Of a DNA stretch of 32,000 bases, positions 8,866 to 17,993 are shown one piece after another. The notes beneath the pieces are model-generated. The model saw only the letters and a program-made list of their open reading frames with translations. It was not told the origin of the DNA and made no database searches. Positions within the stretch are counted from its first letter, which is position 1; the number at the start of each line of letters is the position of its first letter. A program made the position numbers and the translations under genes. The stretch comes from Desulfosporosinus sp. Sb-LF (lineage in GTDB: Bacteria > Bacillota > Desulfitobacteriia > Desulfitobacteriales > Desulfitobacteriaceae). Location: contig NZ_SPQR01000013.1 in the NCBI RefSeq assembly GCF_004766055.1, forward strand, positions 53,829 through 85,828, in the 5' to 3' direction.

Positions 8866-9895
8866 GGAGCTTCTTTTACAACACAGCGCGTGGATGACTG
8901 AGACCGATTCTCCGGTTGTCATCAGTAGCAGGGTTCGTCTAGCGCGCAACCTTGAGGATTTTCCTTTCCCGCACGTTTTAAATCTAGAAGGCGCTGGTCA
9001 GATTGAACAGACTGTTTCAAAGGTTTTAACTGAGATAAAGGTGGACAATGGGCCCTTATCCTACCTATCCTTAACGGAGCTAAACAGCGTGGAACGTCAA
9101 GTGCTGATTGAAAAACATTTAATCAGTCCGAGTTTGGGCGGATTGTCCGGAGCGCGAGGTGTGGCGTTAGCTCATGATCACCGATATGCGGTGATGGTTA
9201 ACGAAGAAGATCATTTAAGAGTTCAAGTGCTTTTGCCTGGAAATCAGCTTCTAGAGACCCATCGCTTAGCTACAGAGCTCGACGATGCGCTGGAGGCAAA
9301 CCTTGATTTTGCTTATCGGGAAGGGCAAGGGTATCTCACGTCTTGCCCAACGAATGTGGGCACAGGGCTTAGAGCTTCGGTCATGGTTCATTTGCCTGGG
9401 TTGGTCATAACAAAGCAGGTGCAACAGGTTCTGGGAGCTTTGACACACTTAGGTCTAGCCGTGCGGGGTCTATATGGAGAGGGTTCTCAAGCCTTTGGAC
9501 ATATGTTCCAAGTCTCCAACCAAATTACCCTTGGGAAAAGTGAAGAAGATATTCTAACTCACTTGGAAGCGGTAACAGGACAAATTGTAGAACATGAACT
9601 ACGGGCCAGAGACCTTCTCCAAAAACAAATGCCGATATTATTAGAAGATAAAGTCTGGCGGGCAAGAGGGACTTTGCAAAATGCTCGACTACTCTCGTCA
9701 GAAGATGCTATGCATTTATTATCCCACGATCGCTTGGGGTCGGACATGGGGTTATTGCCCAGGATTAAAGATAGCTTTGCCTCATTGATTGTTGAATCCC
9801 GTCCTGGGTGTTTACAATATATCCTCGATCGGGAACTTGATCCCGGTCAGCGCGACGAAGAACGAGCGCGACTGATAAGAGAACGGGTCGCATGA
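8858..9895 (+). CDS. mcsB: Protein arginine kinase McsB
   Basis: Phosphagen-kinase-like core (EEDHLRVQVL, CPTNVGTGLRASVMVHLPGL). The ATG at 8858 follows GGAAGGGGGA and overlaps the end of mcsA. Confidence 0.93.
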   Translation: MRKELLLQHSAWMTETDSPVVISSRVRLARNLEDFPFPHVLNLEGAGQIEQTVSKVLTEIKVDNGPLSYLSLTELNSVERQVLIEKHLISPSLGGLSGARGVALAHDHRYAVMVNEEDHLRVQVLLPGNQLLETHRLATELDDALEANLDFAYREGQGYLTSCPTNVGTGLRASVMVHLPGLVITKQVQQVLGALTHLGLAVRGLYGEGSQAFGHMFQVSNQITLGKSEEDILTHLEAVTGQIVEHELRARDLLQKQMPILLEDKVWRARGTLQNARLLSSEDAMHLLSHDRLGSDMGLLPRIKDSFASLIVESRPGCLQYILDRELDPGQRDEERARLIRERVA

Positions 9896-10102
9896 TCTAA
9901 AGTTGAAGGCGTAATGTACAAAGCACAATTTCTGTTTTGTGACCTCAATATTTGGCAGAATAGGATGACTTTGTTTCCATTAAGTTGACCTTTGGGGTTT
10001 TGGGGCTTGAAATACGAATTTCGGGCTTGAACCTACTCGATGATAGATTTCGATACTAGATTAGTAAAGATACAAGCTCAACTATGAAAGGATGAAGAAA
10101 TA

Positions 10103-12544
10103 ATGAAGGGTCGTTACACTGAACGTGCAGAGAAAGTCTTAGCGATAGCCCATAACGAAGCCAAGCGGATGGGACATCCCGTGGTTGGGACGGAACACAT
10201 TTTGCTGGGACTGATTCAAGAAGGCGAGGGAATTGCTGCTCAGGCATTAACAGGCATGGGCTTAGATCTGGATAAGATTCGCAGTCAGGTTGAACAAATC
10301 ACTGGAGTTGGTCAGCCTAACAACGGAGAAGTGGCGTTTACACCGCGTGTCAAAAAGGTTCTAGAGTTGGCGAATGAAGAAGCACATCGCCAAGATGTCA
10401 ATTATATCGGGACAGAACACCTTCTCTTAGGTTTAATCATGGAAGGGGAGGGAATTGCAGCCCGCATTTTAGCAAACCTCAATGTGAGTCCGGAAAGAGT
10501 ATGGAAACAAGTGGTTAAACTTTTGGGTGGAGAATTGGATGAATCAGCGATCCCTGCGTCCAATGCCATACCGACGTCGAAAAATGCTGGTCCTGCGAAT
10601 ACACCCGCGCTCAATGAGTTTGGAAGGGATCTTACACTGCAAGCTCGCGAAGGTCGCCTTGACCCAGTGATTGGAAGAGAAAAAGAAATTGAAAGAGTTA
10701 TCCAGGTCTTAAGTCGACGTTCGAAAAACAATCCAGCCCTGATTGGGGAACCTGGTGTCGGTAAAACAGCCATAGCTGAAGGATTAGCGCAGGGAATTGT
10801 TAGCAATCGGGTACCTGAAACCTTGATTAACAAACGAGTGATTACGTTAGACCTTTCGGCGATGGTCGCTGGAAGTAAATACCGCGGTGAGTTTGAAGAG
10901 CGCTTGAAGAAGGTTATGGAGGAGATTCGCGCGGATGGAAATATTATTCTATTCATTGATGAATTACACACCCTTATTGGAGCAGGGGCTGCAGAAGGTG
11001 CGATTGATGCGGCGAATATTCTAAAACCTGCCTTGGCCCGAGGTGAGCTTCAGTGCATCGGGGCCACAACCTTAGAAGAATACCGGAAATACATTGAGAA
11101 GGATACGGCTTTAGAGCGCCGTTTCCAACCAATCACTGTGGGTGAACCGACTGTCGAAGAGGCCATTCAGATTCTTTTCGGGTTACGAGATCGTTATGAG
11201 GCTCATCATCGGGTGAAGATTTCAGATGAAGCGATTGAGGCAGCGGCTCGACTATCCGATCGGTATGTCGCCGATCGATTCTTACCAGACAAAGCTATTG
11301 ATTTAATGGATGAAGCCGCATCACGAGTTCGTCTCGCTAGTTATACCACACCGCCTGATTTAAAATTACTTGAAGAAGAAACTGGACGCCTAAAGAAAGA
11401 AAAAGAAGCGGCGGTTTCCAGCCAGGAATTTGAGAAGGCGGCGCAAATCCGTGATCAAGAACAAAAACTCCGTGTAGAGCTTGCTGAACAACGAGAGCAA
11501 TGGCAGAATCAGCGTTACAAAGACAATGCGATGGTTACTGAAGATGATATAGCTCAGATTGTGGCGAGCTGGACGGGAATCCCTGTTAAGAAGTTAGCCC
11601 AGGAGGAAAGCGAACGCCTCCTGCATTTGGAGGAACTCTTGCATCAACGGTTAATCGGACAGGAGGATGCCGTTACAGCAGTGGCTAGGGCGGTCCGCCG
11701 CGCTCGGGCAGGATTAAAAGATCCCAAGCGCCCAATAGGCTCCTTTATCTTTCTTGGACCAACAGGGGTCGGGAAAACTGAACTAGGTCGTGCCTTAGCA
11801 GAAGCAATGTTCGGGGATGAAAAGGCATTGATTCGCATCGATATGTCGGAGTATATGGAAAAACATGCGGTCTCTCGGTTAGTAGGAGCGCCTCCGGGAT
11901 ATATCGGACATGACGAAGGGGGTCAACTTACTGAATCGGTAAGACGTAAACCCTACAGTGTGGTTTTGCTAGATGAGATAGAAAAGGCACATCCTGAAGT
12001 GTTTAATATTTTACTGCAAGTACTTGAAGATGGGCGGCTAACAGACACTAAGGGAAGGACCGTCGATTTTCGAAATACGGTGATCATCATGACTTCCAAC
12101 GTGGGATCGTCCTTCTTGAAGAAGGAAGCAATGGGGTTCGCTCCGAAAAAAGATGAGAAAACTGATTATAAAAATATGCGTGGACATGTTATGGAAGAGC
12201 TTAAGCGCTCTTTCCGACCAGAGTTCCTAAATCGTATTGACGAGTTAGTAGTTTTCCATTCCCTCCAAGAGGAACATTTGGAGAAGATCACGGAAATCTT
12301 GATGAGCCAGGTAAACAAACGGTTGAGTGATCATGGCTTGGATTTACAGACTGAGAAAAGTGCCATTAAATTGATTGCTAAAGAGGGAAATGATCCGGTT
12401 TTCGGAGCTCGTCCAATCCGGCGTGCCATCCAACGTTTGATCGAAGATGCTCTTTCTGAGAAAATTATCGAGGGAGAATTTAAAGCCGGTGATAAGATCG
12501 GCGTTGAAGCAGTAGATGGGAAAATGAAGTTTTCTAAGAAGTAA
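10103..12544 (+). CDS. clpC: ATP-dependent Clp protease ATP-binding subunit ClpC
   Basis: Clp_N repeats. Two AAA modules are present ([16 protein letters not shown]), along with a middle UVR motif ([11 protein letters not shown]). 813 aa. Confidence 0.96.
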   Translation: MKGRYTERAEKVLAIAHNEAKRMGHPVVGTEHILLGLIQEGEGIAAQALTGMGLDLDKIRSQVEQITGVGQPNNGEVAFTPRVKKVLELANEEAHRQDVNYIGTEHLLLGLIMEGEGIAARILANLNVSPERVWKQVVKLLGGELDESAIPASNAIPTSKNAGPANTPALNEFGRDLTLQAREGRLDPVIGREKEIERVIQVLSRRSKNNPALIGEPGVGKTAIAEGLAQGIVSNRVPETLINKRVITLDLSAMVAGSKYRGEFEERLKKVMEEIRADGNIILFIDELHTLIGAGAAEGAIDAANILKPALARGELQCIGATTLEEYRKYIEKDTALERRFQPITVGEPTVEEAIQILFGLRDRYEAHHRVKISDEAIEAAARLSDRYVADRFLPDKAIDLMDEAASRVRLASYTTPPDLKLLEEETGRLKKEKEAAVSSQEFEKAAQIRDQEQKLRVELAEQREQWQNQRYKDNAMVTEDDIAQIVASWTGIPVKKLAQEESERLLHLEELLHQRLIGQEDAVTAVARAVRRARAGLKDPKRPIGSFIFLGPTGVGKTELGRALAEAMFGDEKALIRIDMSEYMEKHAVSRLVGAPPGYIGHDEGGQLTESVRRKPYSVVLLDEIEKAHPEVFNILLQVLEDGRLTDTKGRTVDFRNTVIIMTSNVGSSFLKKEAMGFAPKKDEKTDYKNMRGHVMEELKRSFRPEFLNRIDELVVFHSLQEEHLEKITEILMSQVNKRLSDHGLDLQTEKSAIKLIAKEGNDPVFGARPIRRAIQRLIEDALSEKIIEGEFKAGDKIGVEAVDGKMKFSKK

Positions 12545-12549
12545 ACGGT

Positions 12550-12583
12550 GTAGTAGGGGCAATTCATTAATTGCCCCTACTAC
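12550..12583 (+). terminator. Very stable hairpin between clpC and radA, acting as an attenuator, a processing site or a weak terminator
   Basis: Perfect 15-bp stem GTAGTAGGGGCAATT / AATTGCCCCTACTAC with the 4-nt loop CATT. The only downstream U-tract is the short AATTTG. Confidence 0.5.
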
Positions 12584-12607
12584 AATTTGAGATGGAGCGT
12601 TGTATGT

Positions 12608-13996
12608 ATGAAGACCAAGATGATTTACAGATGTTCTAATTGCGGATCAGAAAGCCCTAAATGGATGGGTAAGTGTCAAAGCTGTGATTCTTGGAATACC
12701 TATGAAGAAGTAATAAGTCAACCTAAAACGACATCTTCAAAGAGTCAAAGAAAGACATCCGCCAAGAGATTATCTGAGGTTTTAGCGGGAAACAGTGATC
12801 GGATTGTGACGAGTATTCATGAATTTAACCGAGTTCTGGGTGGGGGAATCGTTCGAGATTCCATCATCATCTTGACTGCAAGGCCAGGCGCAGGAAAATC
12901 AACGTTGCTCCTGCAAGTGGCCGATGATGTTGCTTCTAAAGGATACAAGGTTCTATATGCTTCTGCCGAAGAAAGTGACAGTCAAATTAAAAATAGGTCA
13001 GACAGAATCCTAAATGGAAGTAGGAGCAACATCTGGTTATATTCGGATACAAGCATGAATAACGTTCTTGATTCGATTGAGGAAATAGACCCAGATTTGA
13101 TTATCATCGATAGTATCCAAACCTTTACTCTCCAAGAGCACAATTCCCGCCCAGGCTCACCCATTCAGACGATGGAGTGTGCTAACGAACTCTTAAAAGT
13201 AGCAAAGAATAACAGCCGTCCCAGAGCCGTAATCATGGTCGGGCAAATGACGAAAGATGATGAAATAGCCGGACTACGGGCCTTAGAGCATCTTGTCGAT
13301 GCTGTGTTAATCTTGAACGGTGAAAATGGGGAAGAATTGCGGGGAGCCTGGTGCTCCAAGAACAGATTCGGGAGCACGGGCGAAATAGGCTTTTTCTCCA
13401 TGACCGAACAAGGGATGTTATCGATTGACAATCCATCTGAGTTTTTTATGACTCAAAGAGGAGAGGGACAAAAAGTTTCAGGTAGTGCTTTAGCCGTCAT
13501 CAAAGAGGGGACACGCCCGATTATCGTGGAAATTGAAAGTCTGGTCTCGAAGTCTTTTACACCCTATCCGTCAAGAATTGCAGAGTGCTTGAGAAGAGAT
13601 CAATTAAATACTCTGATTTCGATTTTGGAACAAAGAGGGAAGATTAATCTCTACGATAAAAATGTTGTGATTAAAACCACAGGTGGGCTTCAACTTAAAG
13701 AACAAGCGGTAAGTTTGGCCATCATTATGTGTATTGTTTCCTCGGTGAAGGATAAAGCAATTCCCAATGACACAGTGTTTGTAGCGGATGTGGGACTTAC
13801 TGGGGAACTCAAAAAGGTACCTTCGATTGAGGCACGTATAAGAGAAATAGATCGGATGGGATTCAGACGTGTCTATGTCGCAAAAAATACAGTCAGAGAT
13901 GTAGCGAGGTTTAAGAATCTGGAAATCATAGAGCTCAACACGTTGTATGATGTGATTATGCACTTGAATATGAAGACTGTAGCTAAGGATCAATAG
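12608..13996 (+). CDS. radA: DNA repair protein RadA/Sms (divergent)
   Basis: N-terminal zinc ribbon CSNCG...CQSC. Walker A reads ARPGAGKSTLLLQ. The RadA signature KNRFGSTGEIGFFSM is present, followed by a Lon-like C-terminal domain. It occupies the canonical position after clpC. Confidence 0.85.
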   Translation: MKTKMIYRCSNCGSESPKWMGKCQSCDSWNTYEEVISQPKTTSSKSQRKTSAKRLSEVLAGNSDRIVTSIHEFNRVLGGGIVRDSIIILTARPGAGKSTLLLQVADDVASKGYKVLYASAEESDSQIKNRSDRILNGSRSNIWLYSDTSMNNVLDSIEEIDPDLIIIDSIQTFTLQEHNSRPGSPIQTMECANELLKVAKNNSRPRAVIMVGQMTKDDEIAGLRALEHLVDAVLILNGENGEELRGAWCSKNRFGSTGEIGFFSMTEQGMLSIDNPSEFFMTQRGEGQKVSGSALAVIKEGTRPIIVEIESLVSKSFTPYPSRIAECLRRDQLNTLISILEQRGKINLYDKNVVIKTTGGLQLKEQAVSLAIIMCIVSSVKDKAIPNDTVFVADVGLTGELKKVPSIEARIREIDRMGFRRVYVAKNTVRDVARFKNLEIIELNTLYDVIMHLNMKTVAKDQ

Positions 13997-14190
13997 GATG
14001 GCTTCTAATGTTGATAGAGCGAACCTCATAGTTAATCGTCTCAATAGCTGGACCCGGAAATGGTTATGTAGGCAGGCCTGAGTGTTTTTGATCTCATCAA
14101 AGAGTTAGGAATTATGAGGTTTGTTGAGATCCGTATATAGTTATCCCATAATACTATAGAGTTATCGTTATTTAGTAGGGGGTTAGAAAC

Positions 14191-15198
14191 ATGGAGATAA
14201 CGTTGAGAGAAACTAAAATTACGCAAACATCCACTCACTTGATGGCGAGTGATATTATAGGTTCATGGAAGGCCCGTTGGGGAATTGGTCGAATGAATTA
14301 TAGGGTTGAGCCTGGCCTTTATAGCGTGGGAAAACCTGACAGTAATTCGCCTGTCTTGGTTTCAGCTAATTACAAACTCAGCTTCGATATGTTAAGAAAA
14401 GAATTAACGGGATTGGATGTCTGGATTTTAATCCTCGATACTAAGGGGATTAATGTGTGGTGTGCTGCGGGAAAGGGTACATTTGGAACGAATGAGCTAT
14501 TGAACCGTATTACACTTGTTCAACTAGGGAAGGTAGTTTCTCACAAAACGGTTATTTTGCCACAGTTGGGGGCACCGGGGGTGAGTGCTCACGAGGTTTC
14601 AAAGTATTCGGGTTTTAAGGTCCTTTATGGCCCGGTGAAGGCAAAGGATATAAAGGAATTTCTCAATTCGGGAATGAAAGCTACCACTGACATGCGGACG
14701 GTCAAGTTCGAAGTCTACGATAGACTGGTTTTGACGCCTATAGAATTGGTCGGTACTTTTAAAGTTTCTTTAATGATTTTTGGCATACTCTTTATCTTAA
14801 ATCTCCTTGGCGTGGGACCGTTTGGTGGGGTTGATCTCTACGCCTATCTGGGCGCCGTCATCGCAGGATGTGTTTTAACCCCAATCTTGTTGCCCTGGGT
14901 CCCTGGCAGGGCTTTCTCCTGGAAGGGTTGGGTCGTAGGATTTATTTGGGCCGTCGCAGTGAATGTACTTAATGGTTGGAATGGATGGACGGCTGTACCA
15001 CAATATGGTTTATTGAGAGCTTTGGGATATCTGCTGATTTTGCCGTCTGTATCAGCGTTTTATGCCATGAACTTTACCGGATCTTCGACGTACACTTCCT
15101 TTTCAGGAGTTTTGAAAGAGATGAGAATAGCAGTTCCAGCGATAGTCATTTCTATTAGCTTAGGGATCGTGTTGATCCTGATTAACAGCTTTATTTAA
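14191..15198 (+). CDS. hgcA: Mercury methylation corrinoid protein HgcA
   Basis: The diagnostic cap-helix motif GINVWCAAGKGTFGT is present. The N-terminal corrinoid-binding domain reads WGIGRMNYRVEPGLYSVG...SPVLVSANYKLSFD. The C-terminal half has multiple TM helices. GGGGG RBS. Confidence 0.9.
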   Translation: MEITLRETKITQTSTHLMASDIIGSWKARWGIGRMNYRVEPGLYSVGKPDSNSPVLVSANYKLSFDMLRKELTGLDVWILILDTKGINVWCAAGKGTFGTNELLNRITLVQLGKVVSHKTVILPQLGAPGVSAHEVSKYSGFKVLYGPVKAKDIKEFLNSGMKATTDMRTVKFEVYDRLVLTPIELVGTFKVSLMIFGILFILNLLGVGPFGGVDLYAYLGAVIAGCVLTPILLPWVPGRAFSWKGWVVGFIWAVAVNVLNGWNGWTAVPQYGLLRALGYLLILPSVSAFYAMNFTGSSTYTSFSGVLKEMRIAVPAIVISISLGIVLILINSFI

Positions 15199-15220
15199 CC
15201 TAGTAAGGAGTTGATTTTCC

Positions 15221-15520
15221 ATGAGGCATCAATATTTAAAGAATGTTACGACGTTGAAACTGAAGTCGGATAGGTGTAAGGGCTGTGGAAAGTGTCTTGA
15301 GGTTTGTCCGCATAAGGTATTTTCTTTAAATAATGGCAAATCAGATATCGTCGATATAGATCGATGCATGGAATGTGGTGCGTGTGTTAAAAACTGTCCG
15401 TTTAATGCATTAGAAGTAAAGCCAGGTGTTGGTTGTGCTTTCGCGATCATTATGGGCTGGCTGACTGGAACTGAACCGAGCTGCGATTGTTCGGGTGACA
15501 ACGGCGGAAGTTGCTGCTAG
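15221..15520 (+). CDS. hgcB: Mercury methylation ferredoxin HgcB
   Basis: Two CxxCxxCxxxCP motifs are present (CKGCGKCLEVCP, CMECGACVKNCP). A conserved mid-protein Cys (GVGCAF) and the C-terminal vicinal cysteines (...GGSCC) are also present. The gene lies immediately downstream of hgcA. Confidence 0.88.
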   Translation: MRHQYLKNVTTLKLKSDRCKGCGKCLEVCPHKVFSLNNGKSDIVDIDRCMECGACVKNCPFNALEVKPGVGCAFAIIMGWLTGTEPSCDCSGDNGGSCC

Positions 15521-15546
15521 CTGGTCAGATGGCATACAAAATAATT

Positions 15547-15583
15547 AAGTCCCATGCTAACAATTTGTAGCATGGGACTTTTT
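15547..15583. terminator. Rho-independent terminator shared by hgcB and the convergent nitroreductase gene
   Basis: 13-bp perfect stem AAGTCCCATGCTA / TAGCATGGGACTT followed by a T-run. Confidence 0.8.
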
Positions 15584-15620
15584 GAATACTCCTAGTAACC
15601 TTATTCTACTAACTTTTTTA

Positions 15621-16145
15621 TTAGAACGTCTCATACCAAACCGTGTTATCAATACTCTTGCGTAAGGTACTATGTCTCTCCGAGGATACTGGTTCGCTGG
15701 CTGAATATCCTATTGCTAAAATATTTAATGGCTCGAAATTATCGGGTAGTTTAAATTCGTCTCGTATAATTTTCTCATTAAAATAACAAATCCAACACGT
15801 TCCCAGTTCTAGCTCTGTCGCTTGCAACATCATATGATCAGTTACAATGCTAGCATCAATCTCAGCGATATCTTTACCATCGTGGGGCCTTTTCCATGAA
15901 ACACTATGGTCAGCACAGATGATCAACGCTAGAGGTGCCCCATATACATTGGCGCCTTTGGCCAGTTTCTCTAATCCCTCTTTCTCTCGAATAACAAGGA
16001 TCCTTTGGGGTTGAGTATTTGCGCCAGTAGGAGCAATTCTACCTGCCTCAAGGATCTTTTGTAATTTTCCCTCGTCGACCTTTTTGGGTCCATACTTACG
16101 TATTGAAGATCTTTTTTTAGCCAATTCCAAAAAACTCATTTGCAA
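15621..16145 (-). CDS. Nitroreductase-family protein (FMN-dependent)
   Basis: RSSIRKY...APTGANTQPQRILV is typical of the nitroreductase fold. 174 aa. Confidence 0.85.
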   Translation of the reverse strand: MQMSFLELAKKRSSIRKYGPKKVDEGKLQKILEAGRIAPTGANTQPQRILVIREKEGLEKLAKGANVYGAPLALIICADHSVSWKRPHDGKDIAEIDASIVTDHMMLQATELELGTCWICYFNEKIIRDEFKLPDNFEPLNILAIGYSASEPVSSERHSTLRKSIDNTVWYETF

Positions 16146-16265
16146 TCACCCTTTCAGATATTAGCAATTATTATAGCAGAAATAAAATCAGATATGAAAT
16201 GTGAGTACCATGAGTACTGAAATGGGGCAATGAACTTGGCAAAGAGAAGAAATTAAGGATATCTC

Positions 16266-16292
16266 AGTTATCTCAGAAATTCTAAGATAACT
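16266..16292. promoter_or_regulatory. Inverted repeat, a candidate operator upstream of the DsrE-like/reductase operon
   Basis: AGTTATCT-N11-AGATAACT, about 65 nt upstream of the start at 16357. Confidence 0.3.
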
Positions 16293-16356
16293 CTTTTGCG
16301 CATAGGTATTTAGTGATAAACTGGTATAAATAAAAAATTATAGTTGGAGGCAAGAT

Positions 16357-16698
16357 ATGATGTCATTTGCTTACTTAATCACCTCAGATACCATTGGCCA
16401 TCAAGATTCGGAACTGGGTAAACGCCTGATGCACAGTTTCTTCATTAAGCTCTTGGAGGCTGCTGAGAAACCATCCCATATTCTCTTTCTCGAAACTGGT
16501 GTTAAGCTTCTATTACCCGAATTTACGGCTGTTGATGCCCTGAAGATTTTAGCGGAGGAATTCGGTGTAACACTGTTGGCCTGTGTAACCTGTCTAGATT
16601 ATTACGGTATCAGGGATAAGATCGAGGTCGGTGAGGTTTCCACCATGCACGAGATTATCAATGTTATGCACCAAAGCAATAAAGTGATACATATTTAG
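16357..16698 (+). CDS. DsrE/DsrF-like protein, resembling the C-terminal domain of YedF-type sulfur/selenium-relay proteins
   Basis: 113 aa. The pattern is ITSDTIGHQDSELG...ILFLETGVKLL...LACVTCLDYYG....IHI. GGAGG RBS. Confidence 0.65.
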   Translation: MMSFAYLITSDTIGHQDSELGKRLMHSFFIKLLEAAEKPSHILFLETGVKLLLPEFTAVDALKILAEEFGVTLLACVTCLDYYGIRDKIEVGEVSTMHEIINVMHQSNKVIHI

Positions 16699-16724
16699 AG
16701 AGTCGAAACGAGGAGGAAAAAAGA

Positions 16725-17993
16725 ATGGATAACAGAGAATTATGGACAGCCCTGGGGATGGATTTAGAGAAACATGATGATTTCCTGGCCCCTATTCCAG
16801 AGGTTTATACGAACTTATTTTTAAATCGGCCTAATCGTCCGAAAGCGATGGGGTATTTTGACATGGTAGTTGGAGATGTGCATGGGATTCGCGTGCACGA
16901 ACTTTATGCCATGAAGGAAGCGGGAGCTAAGGTATTCTCGACCTTTTGCGTCTATGTTCCAGAGGAAATTGTCGTGGCAACAGGGAGTGCCAGCATTGGA
17001 TTATGTGCTGGGGCCCAGTATACGGTCTCTTCAGGAGAAAAAGTCTTGCCTCGCAACCTTTGTCCGCTGATTAAGTCCACTATGGGCTTTAAACTTGATC
17101 GAATTTGTCCGTATTTTCAAATCTCCGATTGGGTCATCGGGGAGACGACGTGTGACGGAAAGAAGAAAGCGTGGGAAATTCTCAATGAACACATCCCGAC
17201 CTATGTGATGGAGCTCCCGCAAAAGAAAGAAGCTAAAGACGCCCGCCTATGGGAAGAGGAAGTGCGTGAATTTGCCTCCTTTATTGAGCGCGAGACTAAG
17301 GTTGACTTAACTGCTGAGAATCTTGCCCAGGGTATCCAGACGATTAACAATAAACGTCAAGCACTTCAAAGGTTAGCCAATCTGAGAAAACATAACCCAG
17401 CCCCTATTCAAGGCTTAGATGTTCTGCTGATCAATCAACTCTCCTTCTTTGACGATCCAGTGCGCTTTACTGCTCAAGTCAATGCTCTGTGTGACGAACT
17501 AGATGAGCGAGTTAAGGCGGAGATTGGAGTGGCACCTGCTGATGCACCTAGGATTTTAGTGACGGGAACTCCGCAACCGCTTCCAGCTTGGAAACTTCAT
17601 GCTTTAATCGAACAAGCCGGGGCAGTCGTCGTTGGAGAGGAAACTTGCACGGGAGAGCGCTATTATAAGGACGTCACTGAGTCTGCGGAGAACGTATCGG
17701 ATATGCTCGCTAATATTGCTAAGCGCCCCTTAAAGGTGAATTGTGCTTGTTTTACGCCAAATCAAGGACGTATGGAAGACATTACTCGCATGGCCGAAAC
17801 TTTAAAAGCCGATGCCGTGATTGATTTTACCCTTCAGTTCTGTCAGCCCTATGGCGTGGAAAGCTATTTTGTGGGTAAGGAAATGGAAAAGAAAAAAATT
17901 CCTTTCTTGCGCTTAGAAAGCGATTTTTCTGAAGAGGATCAGGGGCAACTCTTGACCCGAATTGAAGCCTTAATCGAGATGATTCGCGCATGA
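16725..17993 (+). CDS. 2-hydroxyacyl-CoA dehydratase/BcrC/HgdB-family protein (single-subunit, double-cubane-cluster-type anaerobic reductase architecture)
   Basis: 422 aa carrying the family-typical Cys motifs (GLCAG, NLCPLIK, GETTCDGKKK, EETCTGERYY, QFCQPY). AGGAGG RBS. The gene is followed by an activase gene that overlaps its stop codon. Confidence 0.85.
   Translation: MDNRELWTALGMDLEKHDDFLAPIPEVYTNLFLNRPNRPKAMGYFDMVVGDVHGIRVHELYAMKEAGAKVFSTFCVYVPEEIVVATGSASIGLCAGAQYTVSSGEKVLPRNLCPLIKSTMGFKLDRICPYFQISDWVIGETTCDGKKKAWEILNEHIPTYVMELPQKKEAKDARLWEEEVREFASFIERETKVDLTAENLAQGIQTINNKRQALQRLANLRKHNPAPIQGLDVLLINQLSFFDDPVRFTAQVNALCDELDERVKAEIGVAPADAPRILVTGTPQPLPAWKLHALIEQAGAVVVGEETCTGERYYKDVTESAENVSDMLANIAKRPLKVNCACFTPNQGRMEDITRMAETLKADAVIDFTLQFCQPYGVESYFVGKEMEKKKIPFLRLESDFSEEDQGQLLTRIEALIEMIRA

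Noticed and set aside
9896-10102. Possible second CtsR operator or internal promoter in the 207-bp mcsB-clpC spacer (GGTCAC at about 9942 and GGTCAA at about 9997 on the minus strand, and a GGGCTTGAA direct repeat at about 10005 and 10024)
   Set aside because: The heptads are about 50 bp apart, not in the tandem arrangement CtsR requires. I found no -35/-10 pair with acceptable spacing. The direct repeat is only 9 bp long.
10402-10971. 189-aa antisense ORF inside clpC, plus the similar ORFs 11644..11838, 12331..12567 and 12344..12562
   Set aside because: These are shadow ORFs on the opposite strand of a highly conserved gene. Their Ser/Pro/Arg-rich composition is typical of antisense frames. 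No RBS is present.
13604-14044. 146-aa minus-strand ORF overlapping the 3' end of radA
   Set aside because: It is antisense to the Lon-like domain of radA, in AT-rich sequence where long spurious ORFs are expected. It has no recognisable motif or RBS.
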